Assembly (NCBI GenBank): GCA_028534125.1
Contig: CM052816.1
Location: 99,326,001-99,390,000 of the forward strand
Length of the DNA: 64,000 bases
Reading direction: 5' to 3'
From: Lama glama
Taxonomy: Eukaryota
A model generated the notes under the pieces. It saw only the letters and a program-made list of their open reading frames with translations. It was not told the DNA's origin and did not search any database. Of the stretch, positions 1 to 13,055 are shown in pieces. Each line of letters opens with the position of its first letter. Position 1 is the stretch's first letter. A program made the position numbers and the translations under genes.

Positions 1-488
1 ATAAATGGTTTTACTTTTTCCTTCTAATTTATGATCCCCTTTATTTCTGTTTTCTTGCCTAATATCAGTTTGCATTATTATTTACATTTTTAATTGCTTC
101 TAACTTAATTTTCTTAAAATGTATGTTTATTCTTTCATCCTACTGAGAAAACGTGTTTCTTTTTTCTTTTTCTAACATATTTCCAAGTTCCAGTAATCTA
201 ACACAAGCCTGTATATATTGAAACATAGGCATTAGGAGTTAGAATTCATATGTATTAATCGGGAACAATGTGATTGGATAGTATCTCCCAATGAATGTGT
301 TAATTATTAAAAAGTCTTAGGTTTATTTCCTTTGTGTCTTGAATCTGAATTAACAATATGTTTCATAGCCTCAAACTCTCCTCTCCTCTTTCTTTACCCC
401 TCCATTCTTCCCACCCTCCCTCTCTTTTCTTTTTCTCTTTTTGGTAGAAAAATGTGATGCACTCTTGATGGAAGAAATCCACTTTCAC

Positions 489-853
489 ATTCTATTTAGC
501 TGTTGATTAATTTGCATTACTGCGACTACAAAGACATGATTAACGTATTGCTGTCTTCCAGTTCTGAACCTCCGCAAGAGATAACAGCGAGAGCCTCTGC
601 TGATACTTTATTCAATAGGGTCTGTTTATAACTTCAGCGGAAGCTGTGTTTTCATTTTAAAATGGCTGAAATCCAATTTATTTGGAAGAATTAGGATACA
701 CGTTCCCCTTAGAACTGTCAGGCCACACAAGGAATAAAATGGAGCTTGACAGCGGTTTCTAGGGTCCCACGAGGAGGCATAAAAGCTGCTCTGGAAGGCG
801 ACGGTGCTGGCACTCATTTTCAAAGGGTGCTTCAGAAGTTCATCAATTTGTTT
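489..853 (-). pseudogene. Pseudo-exon I
   Basis: ctaactag| acceptor. Fragments in shifting frames: PEQLLCLL, CILILPNKLDFS (cf. CLLESMPKEWNYS), LLNKVSAEALAVIS (cf. FTRLTAQAVSIVIS). Several frameshifts and stops; 3' end approximate. Confidence 0.5.
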
Positions 854-1151
854 CTAGTTAGGTAGTACACAGATGTCAGGTTTCTCCTTTGAACAGTCTT
901 CAGGGCTGGAATGTTGCTTTATTATGAATAATATGAATATGAGGAAAATAAACCTCGGCTCTAAAAAAGGACTTGGGATCTCATTTTAGGAGGGAGGTGG
1001 AGAAACCAGGTTTGAAAGGACCTTCAGAAGCCTGAAAGGAGGTTGGCCATTGTAGCAGCCGCTGGGGAAGTCTGGGGATAATCAACCGAAGAGTGGTTTT
1101 CTGTCACTGGCAATTTCCTTTCCGTTTACTGGTGGAAAAATAAAGCCTTAC

Positions 1152-1222
1152 CTGAGGTAATGTGCTATATAAAGGAAAACACTTAAAACTGTGGAATAAT
1201 CAGTATCTTCCAGAAGATTTCC
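1152..1222 (-). pseudogene. Pseudo-exon H (71 bp)
   Basis: Strong acceptor ttcttatcttttcgtccttcag| and donor CAG|GTAAGG. Reads GNLLEDTDYSTVLSVFLYIAHYL(R) (cf. GPSLMEAIFKILYHC). Confidence 0.6.
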
Positions 1223-1597
1223 CTGAAGGACGAAAAGATAAGAAATGTGACAAGACACAGCGAGGAGAATACTCAAATGCTGCTGAAAGGGAGATTTTTA
1301 GTTTATTTTCTGTTTCTGTTTTGCTTGGCTTTATTCGCGTGTTTCCAGTGTAAGGGAGGGCAGACACGGCAGACACAGCAGAGCTGCGTTAGTTACTGTG
1401 CACGTGGCGTTATGCATTGTATCTCCCTCATCAATCTAGGATAAGACTGCAGTTGTAGAAATATGGTCAAGATGAAAAAAGAAAACATTACTTTGCAAGA
1501 GAGCAAAGTAGAGCCGAGGTAGGAGGGATGGGCATAAGCCACCATTGAAGACTGAAAATACATGCGTAAGAAAGATTTAGACAGCAGCGTCCCTTAC

Positions 1598-1801
1598 CTT
1601 CCTAGCAAACTATACATTTGCTTTTGTTCTGATGTCTTGACTGTTTGTTTTTCTTTTTTAAATCCAGTGTTCCACAAAGAAACGGACCAATCGTGTATTA
1701 TGACTCAATATAGTAACTCTAGTGTTCAGTCCAGCACCTAGAGATGCTCGCTGAGCTTCCATCCATGTGGGCAGACGTACATCTGCATATCAACAATTGC
1801 T
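1598..1801 (-). pseudogene. Pseudo-exon G
   Basis: ctgtaccag| acceptor and consensus AAG|GTAAGG donor. Reads AIVDMQMYVCPHGWKL/(fs)/TILSHNTRLVRFFVEHWI* (cf. ETLLHHDGLLLRILLKS). Stops present. Confidence 0.55.
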
Positions 1802-2404
1802 CTGGTACAGACATTAAAAGAGTGGGATGTTATGAAATGTATTTTAAAAAGTATGTCAATCTCTCCCATGAAATATATTTTTAAAATTTATGTCAATGTG
1901 TCCATTCTGCCTTGAATAAATCCTACAGTATGCATGTTTTCTGAAGAATTCCTGCGTGCATAACACATGTATAAAGAGTACAATGCAGGTGTTTCAGTCC
2001 CACCAAAGGGAAATTTGTGCAGGGAGAAGTGGGTTGATTGTCCATGAGCAGGAGAACCGTCCAGGAGGGCAGCTAAAGGGTCAGCGCAGGAGCACTAGTC
2101 TCCGTAGGAAAATGTGGATTTTGTCACCGCCTGGAGGTCGTGCTGGAGGCTTCCACAAAAGTCATGACCTGACACACTGGGTTTACTTAGGGGAAGAAGG
2201 ACTGAACTCTGGAATGTGATGTTGAGATAGCTGGACGTTTGCTACCCGACACAGAGCTCCAGGGAACAGCCACCAGGGCACCTACGTGTTTCCAGCTTTT
2301 AATTTCAATCTGTTGGGAATGAACTTCCGTAGCCTCAGGAGCAACAGCAGTGGTATTCCAAAGTCTCTTCTGCGAACACTCTGTTGGGTGTGTGGAAAAG
2401 AATC

Positions 2405-3600
2405 GACTATTTTTTTACTTAATCAGCTACATCAAGGTGTGATTTTTGCCCCCATTTGAAGTGTACCATTCGATGATTTTTGAAAATTGTGTACATTGAT
2501 GTAAGGTCTAGTATAAACAAGTAGGGAAATTCCTGTCTCCCCAAAAGCTCTCTTCGTCCCCTTTGGAATCAATCTCAAAGCCCACTTCTCAGCCCAGAAC
2601 ATCACGATCCAGCTTTCTGTCGTCAAAGACTCATTTTCCCTGTGTAAGAGTTTTACATAAATGGAAAAAATTGGTATGCCCTTCTTTGTTCCTTGATTAT
2701 TTTGTTCAGGAAAAACTCTGGAAGGTCATCTGTGTTGTTGCTTTTATTAGTACATTGTTTTCACTGCTAAGGGGGACCCCATGGTATCCACATACCGCGT
2801 TGTGTTTATTGATTTACCTCCGAATGGCCGTATGGGTTTTTTACATTCCAGCGCTTTTGTACATTACAGATACCTTATTGATAACTTGCATTTCACTGAT
2901 GACTAGTAATGTAAACATCTTTTCATTTCATGTTTACCCTGTATGCCTTCATTGAACAGGTATCTGTCCAAATATTTGTTCACTTTTAGTTGGATTGTTT
3001 CTTCATTTGCTATTGGGGTGTGAGAATTTTTTTAATATGTTATAAGGATAATTATTTTATCTGATTAATGTATTGTAAGCCTTTCCTCGTGTGTAGACTT
3101 TTCTGTCTTAATAGTGTTTTGAAAAAGTTTGTTTTTTAATTTGGATAAAGTACAATTTATTATTATTTCTTTATGTTTTGCAATTTCTGAAATGTTTAAG
3201 AAATCTTTGTCTTTCCTAAGAACTTAGAGAATATTTTTTCTCCTAGAAATCTTATAGTTCTAGCTTTTATGTTTAGTTTTGTATAGTCCATCTAGTTGAT
3301 TCCATACATTTGATAACTGGGTGGCTTATCTGGTAAGGTTCAATACTCATTTTTTTCTGTGTGAGTAAACGTTTTGTTCAAGAACCATTCCGAGAAAGCC
3401 CTCTGTTGCTCACTGAGTTACCTCCATACGTTTGTTGGAAATGAACTGGACATATGTGAGTGAGTCAGCTTCTGTATTCTCAGTTCTGTCCCATTGAAGC
3501 AAATGATTCTATTTGACTATCCTTAAATAATACCATGTTTTAATTTCTTTAGCTGCAAGGTAAATTTGGAAAATGGGGTTATTATTCAAAATGTGTTCTT
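2405..3600 (-). mobile_element. Old L1M (L1MC/ME-like) 3' fragment
   Basis: Antisense L1M 3'UTR/ORF2-end motifs (aagtgtaccattcgatgattttt; ttgttcaagaaccatt); heavily diverged. Confidence 0.6.
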
Positions 3601-4524
3601 TTTAAGACAAAATCTTTGGCTCAGAGCCAGCAACGGCCAGTCAGGTGTTTCTCATGATGCGGTATTTGGACACTGGCTCTTCTGGTTTTTCAGTGCAGAG
3701 AGGCTGAAGATTTCCTATGAGAATTTTAGCCAAAACATGACATTGAGCATAGCTTGTCCTCAAACTAAAGAACTGTAGCATAGCAAATACCCTTAAACGT
3801 CTCTCCTTCCGTTTGTTTAGACTGTTTCATATTCACCTGCTTTGTTCACTCAGGGAGTTTTGTCCTGTTTTATTTTAATTTATCTAGAGATCGTAGTCAT
3901 TATATGTGAAGGGTCTACTTGATAGATGCTTACTGGGCTTTTACAAAAGCTCTTCTGTTCAAACTTTTAAAATACACTAGGAAACATAGAAGACTGAGGC
4001 ATAAAGATCTCTAAGGCAATGCCATGTCTCATCAAGGGACTTAGAATATGAAAAGCATCTGATATTTAGGCACAAACACATGCTACCAGCTGATACACAA
4101 ATGAGATGCAAGAGACATACAAGAGCACATAAAATTTAAAAGAAGGAAGACTCACTCCTCACGAGTGTTGAGTGCTCACTCTATGCCTTGTGTTGTACAA
4201 GATCCTGGGGCATTAAAATGTGGGATGACAATATTTGACTTCAAACTATCCGAAGCCTGTGGGAATTTCGGAGAGGACTAGCAGTACAGGTGACGACTGA
4301 TCCAACAGAGAGAAGTGTCGATAGTAGAAGACCACATGGAAAGAACGCTCTGTTCACTCTTACGCACTCTGAGAATATTTCTAGAGGGGGGTATCTCAAG
4401 TGTCTCCTAACTATCACATAACTTAACAAATATTTATTGATCACCTAAAATGTAACAGGCCCTGGATTAGACACTGGAGCATGGGGAGGAAATGAAAAGG
4501 CCCAGTCCTTGCTCTGGAAGCCTC

Positions 4525-4815
4525 GCTTCTGGCGGTTTGCTGGCGATCTTTGGCGTTCCCTGGCACGTAGCTGTATGACACAGATCTCTGCCTTCATTTC
4601 ACCCGGTGTTCTCCCTGCAGGCATGCATGCCTGTGCCCAAATTTCTTCTTTTCGAAAGGACATCAATTATATAGAGCTAGAATTTACCTTAACGGCCTCA
4701 TTTTAACTACTTACATCTTCAAAAACCCTACCTCCAAGTAAGGTCACATTCTGAGGTCCATGGGTTAGGATTTCAACATAAATTTTAGTGGCGGGACACA
4801 ATCCAACCTGTAACA
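4525..4815 (-). mobile_element. MLT1 (ERVL-MaLR) LTR fragment
   Basis: Typical aaggtcacattctgaggt...ggacacaatccaacctgtaaca end. Confidence 0.8.
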
Positions 4816-5494
4816 GCACCCAAATGTGTATCTCTTATTTCCCTTTAAAGGTGAAGTTTGAGCCGATTACTAAATGGAAATATGCATTTTTCTAAGATAT
4901 GTTTCTGCTTTGGTTCTTTTTTGAGGTAGAGGCAGGAAGAGAACAAGAGATTGGAGGATAAATCTGAACAAAGATCAGAGAAGTATCTGAGAAAAGGGAG
5001 CCTCAGTGTCAAACAAAAAGGAAAAAAGAATGGATTCTAGAAATATTTTTGTTGTATTGGTTGTTTTCCTTTGTTTTATTTTATTCACTTAGATGATGTT
5101 AAAGCCTTAGAACAATAGAAACTAAGTTGCCTGCAACCCTAGCACTCAAACCTCTTCCTGGAAAATGGGGTCTGGGGATCCCTGACTCCTGGTGCCTGAA
5201 GCACACGATTCTGGGGCTTGGTTTCTTTCTACATTGCGTTAGTGAATCTCTTCCATGTTCCTTTTTCATTGAACACAAAAATGAAATAGAGCTTTGTTTA
5301 AAGGAAGACTGATTACTTCAAGTTCTGTTTGAGACGGTTAGTTGTCCCCTTTCAAGCCTCCTGCAGTTCATCCAAGTGACATGTGAAGTCGTTGGGCTGG
5401 GTTCTGAAGGGTCACAGGGAGATGATATCAGGCCATCTGTGCTTTTCTATGACTGTCTAGAAGAACAGTGGAACCAAAATATGTTGTTACTGAC

Positions 5495-5728
5495 CTCACT
5501 CTCCAGGGCTGGATAGAAACAAATTGAAATATTGGCATCTATAAATCGACACTCCTTTAACTGAGTGTCCTCGACAAGCTCTTCAGGCTTCTTTGATTGA
5601 TAAAATTCAATAACCTCAGCATTAAGCCGACTCATGCCTGTGACCGTGAGGATGACCAGTTGGATGCTGCACCGCGTAGTCACTGAGACCGTTGAGGGAA
5701 TCGATATTCTTTGAATTGAACAAAGATA
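5495..5728 (-). pseudogene. Pseudo-exon F (still open, 78 codons)
   Basis: tatttccttgcag| acceptor. Reads YLCSIQRISIPSTVSVTTRCSIQLVILTVTGMSRLNAEVIEFYQ...DANISICFYPALE (cf. VCTSVQKL...HTHCNNLFTTLVILT...CISHFYPSLLR). Candidate donors A|GTGAGG (5500) or GAG|GTCAGT (5495). Confidence 0.65.
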
Positions 5729-5953
5729 CTGCAAGGAAATAATATCCCAGCAAATAAACACATGGTGAATTTTATTTTTGGTTTTGTTGTTTAGGTTGAT
5801 AGTGTGACAGGTTTGTGAGACAATTGCAAGGGACTGAAATGAGAGCTCATTTAAGTAATAAGCATCTGTTCCACAATAGAAGTTTCCTTTATTGGAGCTG
5901 TGGGAGTCCTCAGTGATTGGTTGTTGTCAAAAAGGGAAATGCAAGTATAGTTT

Positions 5954-5998
<45 letters not shown>
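5954..5998. repeat. (TA)n(TG)n microsatellite
   Basis: Direct reading. Confidence 0.95.
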
Positions 5999-6001
<3 letters not shown>

Positions 6002-7106
6002 AATGTATATAGGCATATTTGTAACTTTTAGCTGTGTATGTATATTTGAAGATTGCAATAGAGCACAATTACACAGAGTAAAGTCAATGCTGTAGACCAG
6101 AACTGAGCCCTCAGAGTAAACGCACCTGGCCTGATGTCCACAGACGCTGGCTGCTGATGCTTCTGTGGTGGCTCATATCAGGTCTCAGCCATCCAGTCGC
6201 TGCTGAATCTTTCATTTGTTGTTTTCACTCTGGCATTGCCTTCAAATTTTAATAACTACAAACTGTCCAATAGGTTCAAACCTGACTACACAGAGGGATG
6301 CCTTAATACGCCACCCCAAGGGTCACTCAAGCTCATTTTAGTTCAAGTGACAGGGACTAAGACAAGCTCATCTTCCTCCTCCCACCTGCTGGCCTCTTCC
6401 TTGCCCCATGAGGATCACAACCTAAGACGGTAACACTGGTTTCCCTATTGCTTTGCCACTAAGATGGCTGTTGTTTCCAATGATTGCCATGGACAGGGGT
6501 TTTCTGTGCTCTGTTCCAGCCAGTTTCTTCTGGGAGCAAAGTATTGCTCTCACAGCTTTCATCTCTCTTGAAAAACCATGAATTTAGGGTGAGATGGACA
6601 TTCCTGGACAAGAAGGTCACAGAGTTCCACTGTTCTTACTCAAGGTTAGATAGCTTTTCTTGAATAATTCATTGTTAATTTTTGTACACCTTTGGTTAAT
6701 GTCCAGAGTCCTGAAATGATGGTTTTTGACAATTTTGTTCAATATTATCATTGACTTTGTGGCAGACAATATGCTGAGCCTCTCACCACACCATTCTGGA
6801 AGACTTGACTCCATTAAAAATTAAGCTTTTAAAAAATTAATTATCCATCTCAACTTACTTCATTAACCAGACTCTGGAAAATAGGTTTCCATGTGTGCTT
6901 TTAAAATTTTCAAAGATCAAGGAAAACTTATTTGTTGGCTTATTCAAATTGCATTTGTGGCTAAAACAAAAACTTATATTCAGCCAAATTTGAAAGCTTT
7001 TCTAAGTACCACTTAAAGTTCTCTCTTCACCTTCCCCCCATCTTTTAAAAAGACCAATTGAAATACAACAGAAGTGCTGAGAAGATTTGCTATAATCATT
7101 TCTTGC

Positions 7107-7289
7107 CCAGTTTTGCAGTCCAAGTAAAGCTACTTTCAAGTCCTTTTACATTCCTGAATGGAGATGAACTGATTAAGCAAATCCATGAAGAGAGCCGCAC
7201 GGCTGGCTTAGTGCACGGTGGAAGCCTGCTTGCACAGCCGTACGGAGAAGCTCACGTCCTCCAGCTTCAGCTGGGAGCAGGGTCTGTGC
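7107..7289 (-). pseudogene. Pseudo-exon E
   Basis: catccttccag| acceptor. Reads (R)HRPCSQLKLEDVSFSVRLCKQASTVH*ASRAALFMDLLNQFISIQECK/(fs)/DLKVALLGLQNW, then donor TGG|GCAAGA (cf. GERCS...SLLASRYARAHPS...DVTTILICTENM). Confidence 0.6.
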
Positions 7290-9514
7290 CTGGAAGGATG
7301 ATTTCCGTTAACAGGCCCATCATAAGTTATGGACACACCATGGACCAGAGCATATTGTAAAAATTCTGAATGCTAATCCTCTGTGTTTCTATTCAAGATA
7401 ATAAATACAGATTTTAAGTTACTTAGACATCTTTTGAAATCAAGTCCTGCAGGAGCTACTTATTATGCTCAAATGCATACTTTTGTTAATTCAATTGAAA
7501 CATTTGAAAAAGCATGCATTCACTGTATAGAAAAGAGGCCATACTATACAATGTGCTTGAAGGGAAAAAAAAATTTCCTTATGAAACTTATTTAGAGTTT
7601 CAAAGCTTTAGACATCATCTATTTATATAGAACTTCATGGCTGAGTTCATATGTTCGAAGACATAGGGAAGCATCAATAAATTCCTGGGATAGAACAGAG
7701 AATATTTCCTAATATGCCAGCTTAAATACTCAGCTGAAGTAAGTATTTTCAACACTGTCTTTCTGGGTCTGGATTATCAGTTCAGACTTTAAAAATGGGC
7801 ATTAATTAAGCACTGCTGATAAGGCACCTTGGATTCCTAACTAAAAAATATTCTAAAATCACTCACACTTACATCCCTGTAAAATAATGGACTATTCAAA
7901 TTCATTGCTACATAATCTCCAGATAAAATAAAATTATGATATCCATATCTCAAAACTTCTATAGGAGCTAGCTCTTTAAAAGATTTTTCACCTGAGAATC
8001 TTACCAATGATTATTTCATCAGCTCAGCTAGTAAATGGCGGAGATTCCAAGGACATGCTACTGCAGAACTTACAGGATGTGGCCCAAAATCTCAGCGCTG
8101 ATGTTTAACCAGGATTTTGGTTGCTTTACTTGTTTTGTTTTGTTTTTTGTTTGTTTTTTTTTGGCTATTTTCTGCCTCTTGAAAAGGAGTGGAGTACATT
8201 TTATTTTGCTTTTTAAAATAAACTTAATGCTAAGCTATATGATTGCCTAAGGGGAAAATATAGATAATCAAATTGGATGTTTATCTGTATACTTAATTCC
8301 TCTGTTAACTTTTCCATGTTTCTGAGTGCTATTTTATTCTCACGTGTGTCGGTTTCAGTGACTAGAATTCATCTCATGAACTTGGCAGCAGCATCCTGCC
8401 CAGTAGGCACTGGGTGGTGGTGGCGTTTTAGAGGGTGGGGTCAATGGGGCACTTGTGAAGTCATTAATCCATTAAAACCAATGAAATGCCTATTTAATAC
8501 TATCAAATGTGCTCAGTATTTGGGATGGAGACATAAGTGACACATAAAACCTTCCCACGAGTACATCAATGTGTGTCAAACCAAAAAGCAGACCTGTTGT
8601 CAATCGTGGTGTGAGATACAGTTCCCTATGTGCCCTGATAAAGGCACATCCAGGGTACAAGGGGAAGCGGTGCCTGCTTAGCAGCCCAGAAAAAGAATCC
8701 ACAAAGGCAGTTAGCAAGGGACAAGTGGCCCCGGCAGTGAAAAATACACGTGCAAATACATTAAACCACTCCAAACTTTTGGAAAAGTGCAAGTAGTTCC
8801 TCTTAGCTGGGGGACATGGGAGATGGGGTTTGAGGGAAGATGAGTCCAGAGAGACGGACAGAACATGGCTGTGAATGTCCTGTTAACACGGTCAAGGTGT
8901 CTGGCCATCACCCTCAAGATGATACAGAATGTTACTGAAGGAGTCGTAATCAGGAGAGCAACATGATGACGTTTGCCTCTGAGAGTGACGTTGGGGTTAA
9001 AACAACAATATGGGCAGGGAAACTAGAGACAAAGGAGTGTGACACCTGAGTAGACACGGCAGAGAAGTGTATGCTCTACAGCAAGGCGTGCCAGTGGGTG
9101 TCCAGGTGGGAGATAGGATTCGGACGTGCCCTTGAACTAGAACTTCCAGTTGCTGATTATGTTAGGACGATGACAAAGAGCGGTCAATGATGTCCTTATT
9201 TTTGTCTCACCAACTGGCTGCAAAGTCACCAAGACGGCGAATACACTGTCAGGAATCAGAGGAGGCCTGTGAAGTATGTGGCGGCAGCCTGAAGGGTGGG
9301 AGGGAAGAAGCTGATGACATGTTCAGTCCTGGAGACACTGAGAAGGGGTGATGCTGGCGTGGATTTAGAAAAAGGGAGCCAGAACTGATGACGACATTTA
9401 AATGGATGATGAATGTATGATTCAAGAGAGAATACAGATCATAGTTAAATACAGCTGAATACCTGAAGAAAAGAGAAGTATTTAGCTCAGAACAGCAGAA
9501 GCAGCAGCATTTGC

Positions 9515-9975
9515 CACAGGTGGTCTCTAGTGTGACCTCCATGGTCCCTCTCCTGGCATCTGTGGCCTTGAATAATGCCCTCTCCATGTACAACTTGCTT
9601 CTAACTGATAGAAGATGGTGAGGTTGAAGGGATGTCGTATCTCTGATGAGGTAACAACGTGCTGTTTCTATGTTCTTGCTAGCAGGTGGCCCTATTGCCT
9701 TCTTGGATGTCCCTCAGTCCCACTGCCATCGAGAAGATGAAGAGCCAGTAGTCATCCCTGGTTGGAAAGAGCTTCTTCCCCAGTTAAGCCTTCAGGTGAG
9801 ACCTCAGATTCAACCAGCACCTTGATTTCAGCCTTGTGAGAAGCTCTGAGGGAGGGAACCTACTTAAGTTGTGCCCAGATGCCTGATCCACAATATGGTA
9901 AGATTATACATGTGTGCTATTTTCAGCTGCTAAGTTTTGGGGTCATTTGTTATGAGTCAATAGATAACTAATGCA
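9515..9975 (+). mobile_element. MLT1 LTR, flanked by L2-like sequence
   Basis: caccttgatttcagccttgtgag...ctaagttttggggtcatttgttatg...atagataactaatgca terminus. Confidence 0.75.
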
Positions 9976-11093
9976 ATATTTAAGGCAACATTAGAAATAC
10001 AGTTTGTGCAACAGTTTTTAAAAGAATGGCCAGAAAAATAAGAAGAGAAACAGGAGAGCATATTGTTGGCAACATGACAGAAGAAAGTTCAAGAGGAAAG
10101 GAATTGGTATAATACTGGCGAAAAGCCAAATGAATGAGAAGTGGACATTCAACAAGAAGGGTATTTAATTTAACAAGGGGATGTTTTTACTTCCTCTCAA
10201 GCTTCAAAGGATTGATGGTCTTTGTTAAATGAAAAACAAGATTGTGGTGAACTAAATGGGAACTAGAGACCAGGAAGTGGACACAGAAGGGAAGAGAAAT
10301 GAATGAGTGCTGCCGTGGAAGGTCAGCTCAGGTTGAGGGAGTGGATAATTTTGGAAAGTTCAAGTTGAGAATGACTTAAGTGAGCACATCTAGTTGAGGT
10401 ATTGCCAGAAATAAGGTGAGTTTTCAACATTACTTTTTTAAAAAAATCACAATTGTTGGAGCCGACTCAAGGGGTAGGATGAAAGGGAAGTCGTGCAGAG
10501 CTCTCTGGGAAGAGGAACCAGGGGACGTCCCAAGGTAGTGGCTCATATGAGTCCCTAACGTGGCTTCTGGGAAGCACCCTCCGCCTGAGCAGCGTTCACA
10601 GTCTGTCCTCCTGACTCCTGCGGCCAGTGCAGGGTGGGCTAGGGCGGACCCTGCAGCGGTCACAACGTGGACACTGAAAGGACAGGCTGGCACCATTCTG
10701 AACGAGTCCACTCCCTTGTAGCCTGCTGCTTTACCCCTTGTTTTGCTTGGTTGCTCCTAGCGGTGCTTGCTCAGTATGTTCCATTCCTATGTATTTGTCT
10801 TTTTTTCTGCTTCATGTCTTCGGGTTGGACTGTCTGACTCTGATTGTGAGGAGAAACTGTTTTTTCATAAAATGCATGCAATTTGAAAATGGTTTCCATT
10901 AGCTATTAGGGTTTTTAAATGCGTGTGCTTTTAATCTATGTTTGTGATAAAACTGGCTTTGTCGTTCTTAGTGTTTTCCCAGAACAGTTATAAAAAAAGC
11001 CTGAAGGAATTGCAATTGACTGGATTGGTTCTGGTTTGCATGCAGCCCTTTTCAGATTCGGGCATCTGTTCATTTACATAGTTAGCAACCCAT

Positions 11094-11255
11094 CTTTCTT
11101 GAAACTTGAGCGGATGGTGGGCATGTGTGACCCATGGGGCCTGCAGCTCTCTGGCATCAAGCTGATTTTTCTCAACCCACAGCGTGATATTCCGGCACTT
11201 AATTTCAGAATGCAGCTTAAATCACAGAAGCCATAATACGTCAAATGATCCCACA
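11094..11255 (-). pseudogene. Pseudo-exon D
   Basis: Pyrimidine tract ttactgttttccccctgc then gag|. Reads WDHLTYYGFCD/(frameshift)/LHSEIKCRNITLWVEKNQLDARELQAPWVTHAHHPLKFQE (cf. QRYQEFINTLQFQV...ILQDAESHHWDDYKAFYE). The expected donor reads AG|ATGGGT (GT lost). Confidence 0.55.
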
Positions 11256-12939
11256 CTCGCAGGGGGAAAACAGTAAGTAATGAAAAAGCTATGATTGCTT
11301 TTCTGTCCCTCCAAATGACAGTTATCACCTCAATGACCTGCTCCAGGCGGACCAGTCTAAACCTGACACACTAAGGGATAACGTCATCTAACAGGGTAGT
11401 TACAAAAATCAATACAAAACCCATTTCAGAGATACTCTGTGTAAGAATCCTGGTGTAATGTTCATTTATTGAATAGGCCTGGGGAAAAAAAAAACAACAA
11501 CTTTTCTGATATATATGCCTTACCTCTCAAGCAAAGGAATTCTGTAGGTAAGCAATAATTGCATTTTTCAATCTATTACTTAGACTTGCCATGGCTCAGG
11601 CTGGAATCTAATATATGGGTGACGGCTATAACTCAATTATGGAACCTTCACCGAGTCCTAGTATATTCAAAGAGTAAAGGAACAGAACAGGGCAGCTCTC
11701 TGTGTTTCCCTGGATGAAGGAGTGTCTGTGGGTGAACTCTTTATAAGCTCATCATTGTCTTCATGTCTACTAAGGAATTTGAATATTTAAATAGTTATCT
11801 TTAACCAGGTCATGTAAGTTCCCTGGATTCCTTGCCTTTCTCTGCTTATCCCATGCTAGGTCCACATGGGTAACAAATGCATTCCTTTTGAATAAACAGA
11901 TATGCAATTGCAACAAGAGGCACTGGCTGGCTGGGAGTGTCCTCTTACAGGCTGGAGGCTGAAAGCCAGCTGGTACCATGGTGGCCTCCCACATGCATAT
12001 CTGCATGCCAATGACAAACAGAAAGCACTAGAATCAGTAAATCTTGGGCTCAGCCAGGGTGGCAGCTATTACGGAGAAACAACAACAACAAAAATCTCAA
12101 GAAGACATGTAGTGGGGGCACCCTACACAACAACTTGCAAGGAGATATTCCGACAGCTGGTGAAAAGATTGTAGCTCAAATTAGTGCTACTCCTGGGACA
12201 TGTTAATGAAACCTGTTAAATCAACCTCCACATCACAAGTCCAATCATCTTAACCTTCACACTTTATGACCATCACACTGTTTCGTTACCTGGACATTTT
12301 GATTCTAAATGAAGAGCCATCATGACATTCTTCAAATCACAGGATATTAACACAAGCCTTGTGTGGTGAGAGTAATGCATTTTCAAATTCTTTATGCCGA
12401 TTTCACAGGGGTAAGACACATTGACAATACTGCTTGTTAAATCTAGTAATGAATTGGATTTTAATTATTCTCTACTCCTCTGTAATTTTCTGAACAAGTA
12501 TTTGTGAAATGACCTAGAAAGTCTTTTCATGACAGCTCACACTTGCCTGTTCAACAGGTTCTAAAATTTGGAAGCTATTTTGGCTGCTGTCCAAACACTT
12601 ACATGCTTGCTTGGACCAAGGGTCACATTCAAATTCCTCCTGTCATTCTAATCAGTCATTATCAGGATATGTGTGATGAAATTTACACACTAACAGTACA
12701 ATGTATGCTTGCATTGAATATCGGAAAATGAAAGCACGATCTATTCTTGTGTAAAAGCCAATTTCTATTATTACGTAATATGAAATATGAAGAAATTTAT
12801 TTTTTAAGCTCCCAAGTTCTTTCTTCATTTCCTGACGCTGACTTTTGATACCATTATGCTTTGAGTGTCTGTACTTAAGAGAGCAAGTACTCAGATTCTG
12901 CCCCTGATCACTTAAGCTCAAATCATGACTTCAGCATGG

Positions 12940-13035
12940 ACTGTGTGATCTTACCCAACCCTCTGCACCTCAGTTTTCTCTCTTGCAACATGGGAGTACT
13001 TAACCCACAGAATTGGCATGAGCCCTGAATGACTT
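12940..13035 (+). mobile_element. MIR fragment
   Basis: tgtgtgatctt...cctcagttttctc...tgcaacatggg MIR core. Confidence 0.6.
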
Positions 13036-13055
13036 AGCATTAAGATCAGTATGTC

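Noticed and set aside
8490..8796. Opposing ORFs and a possible extra exon between pseudo-exons D and E
   Set aside because: The D-E junction is already contiguous with the recalled homolog, and I see no similarity here.
11055..11272. Plus-strand exon (ttttcag ... ACA|GTAAGT)
   Set aside because: It overlaps pseudo-exon D in antisense, and its apparent donor is the complement of D's branch/pyrimidine region.
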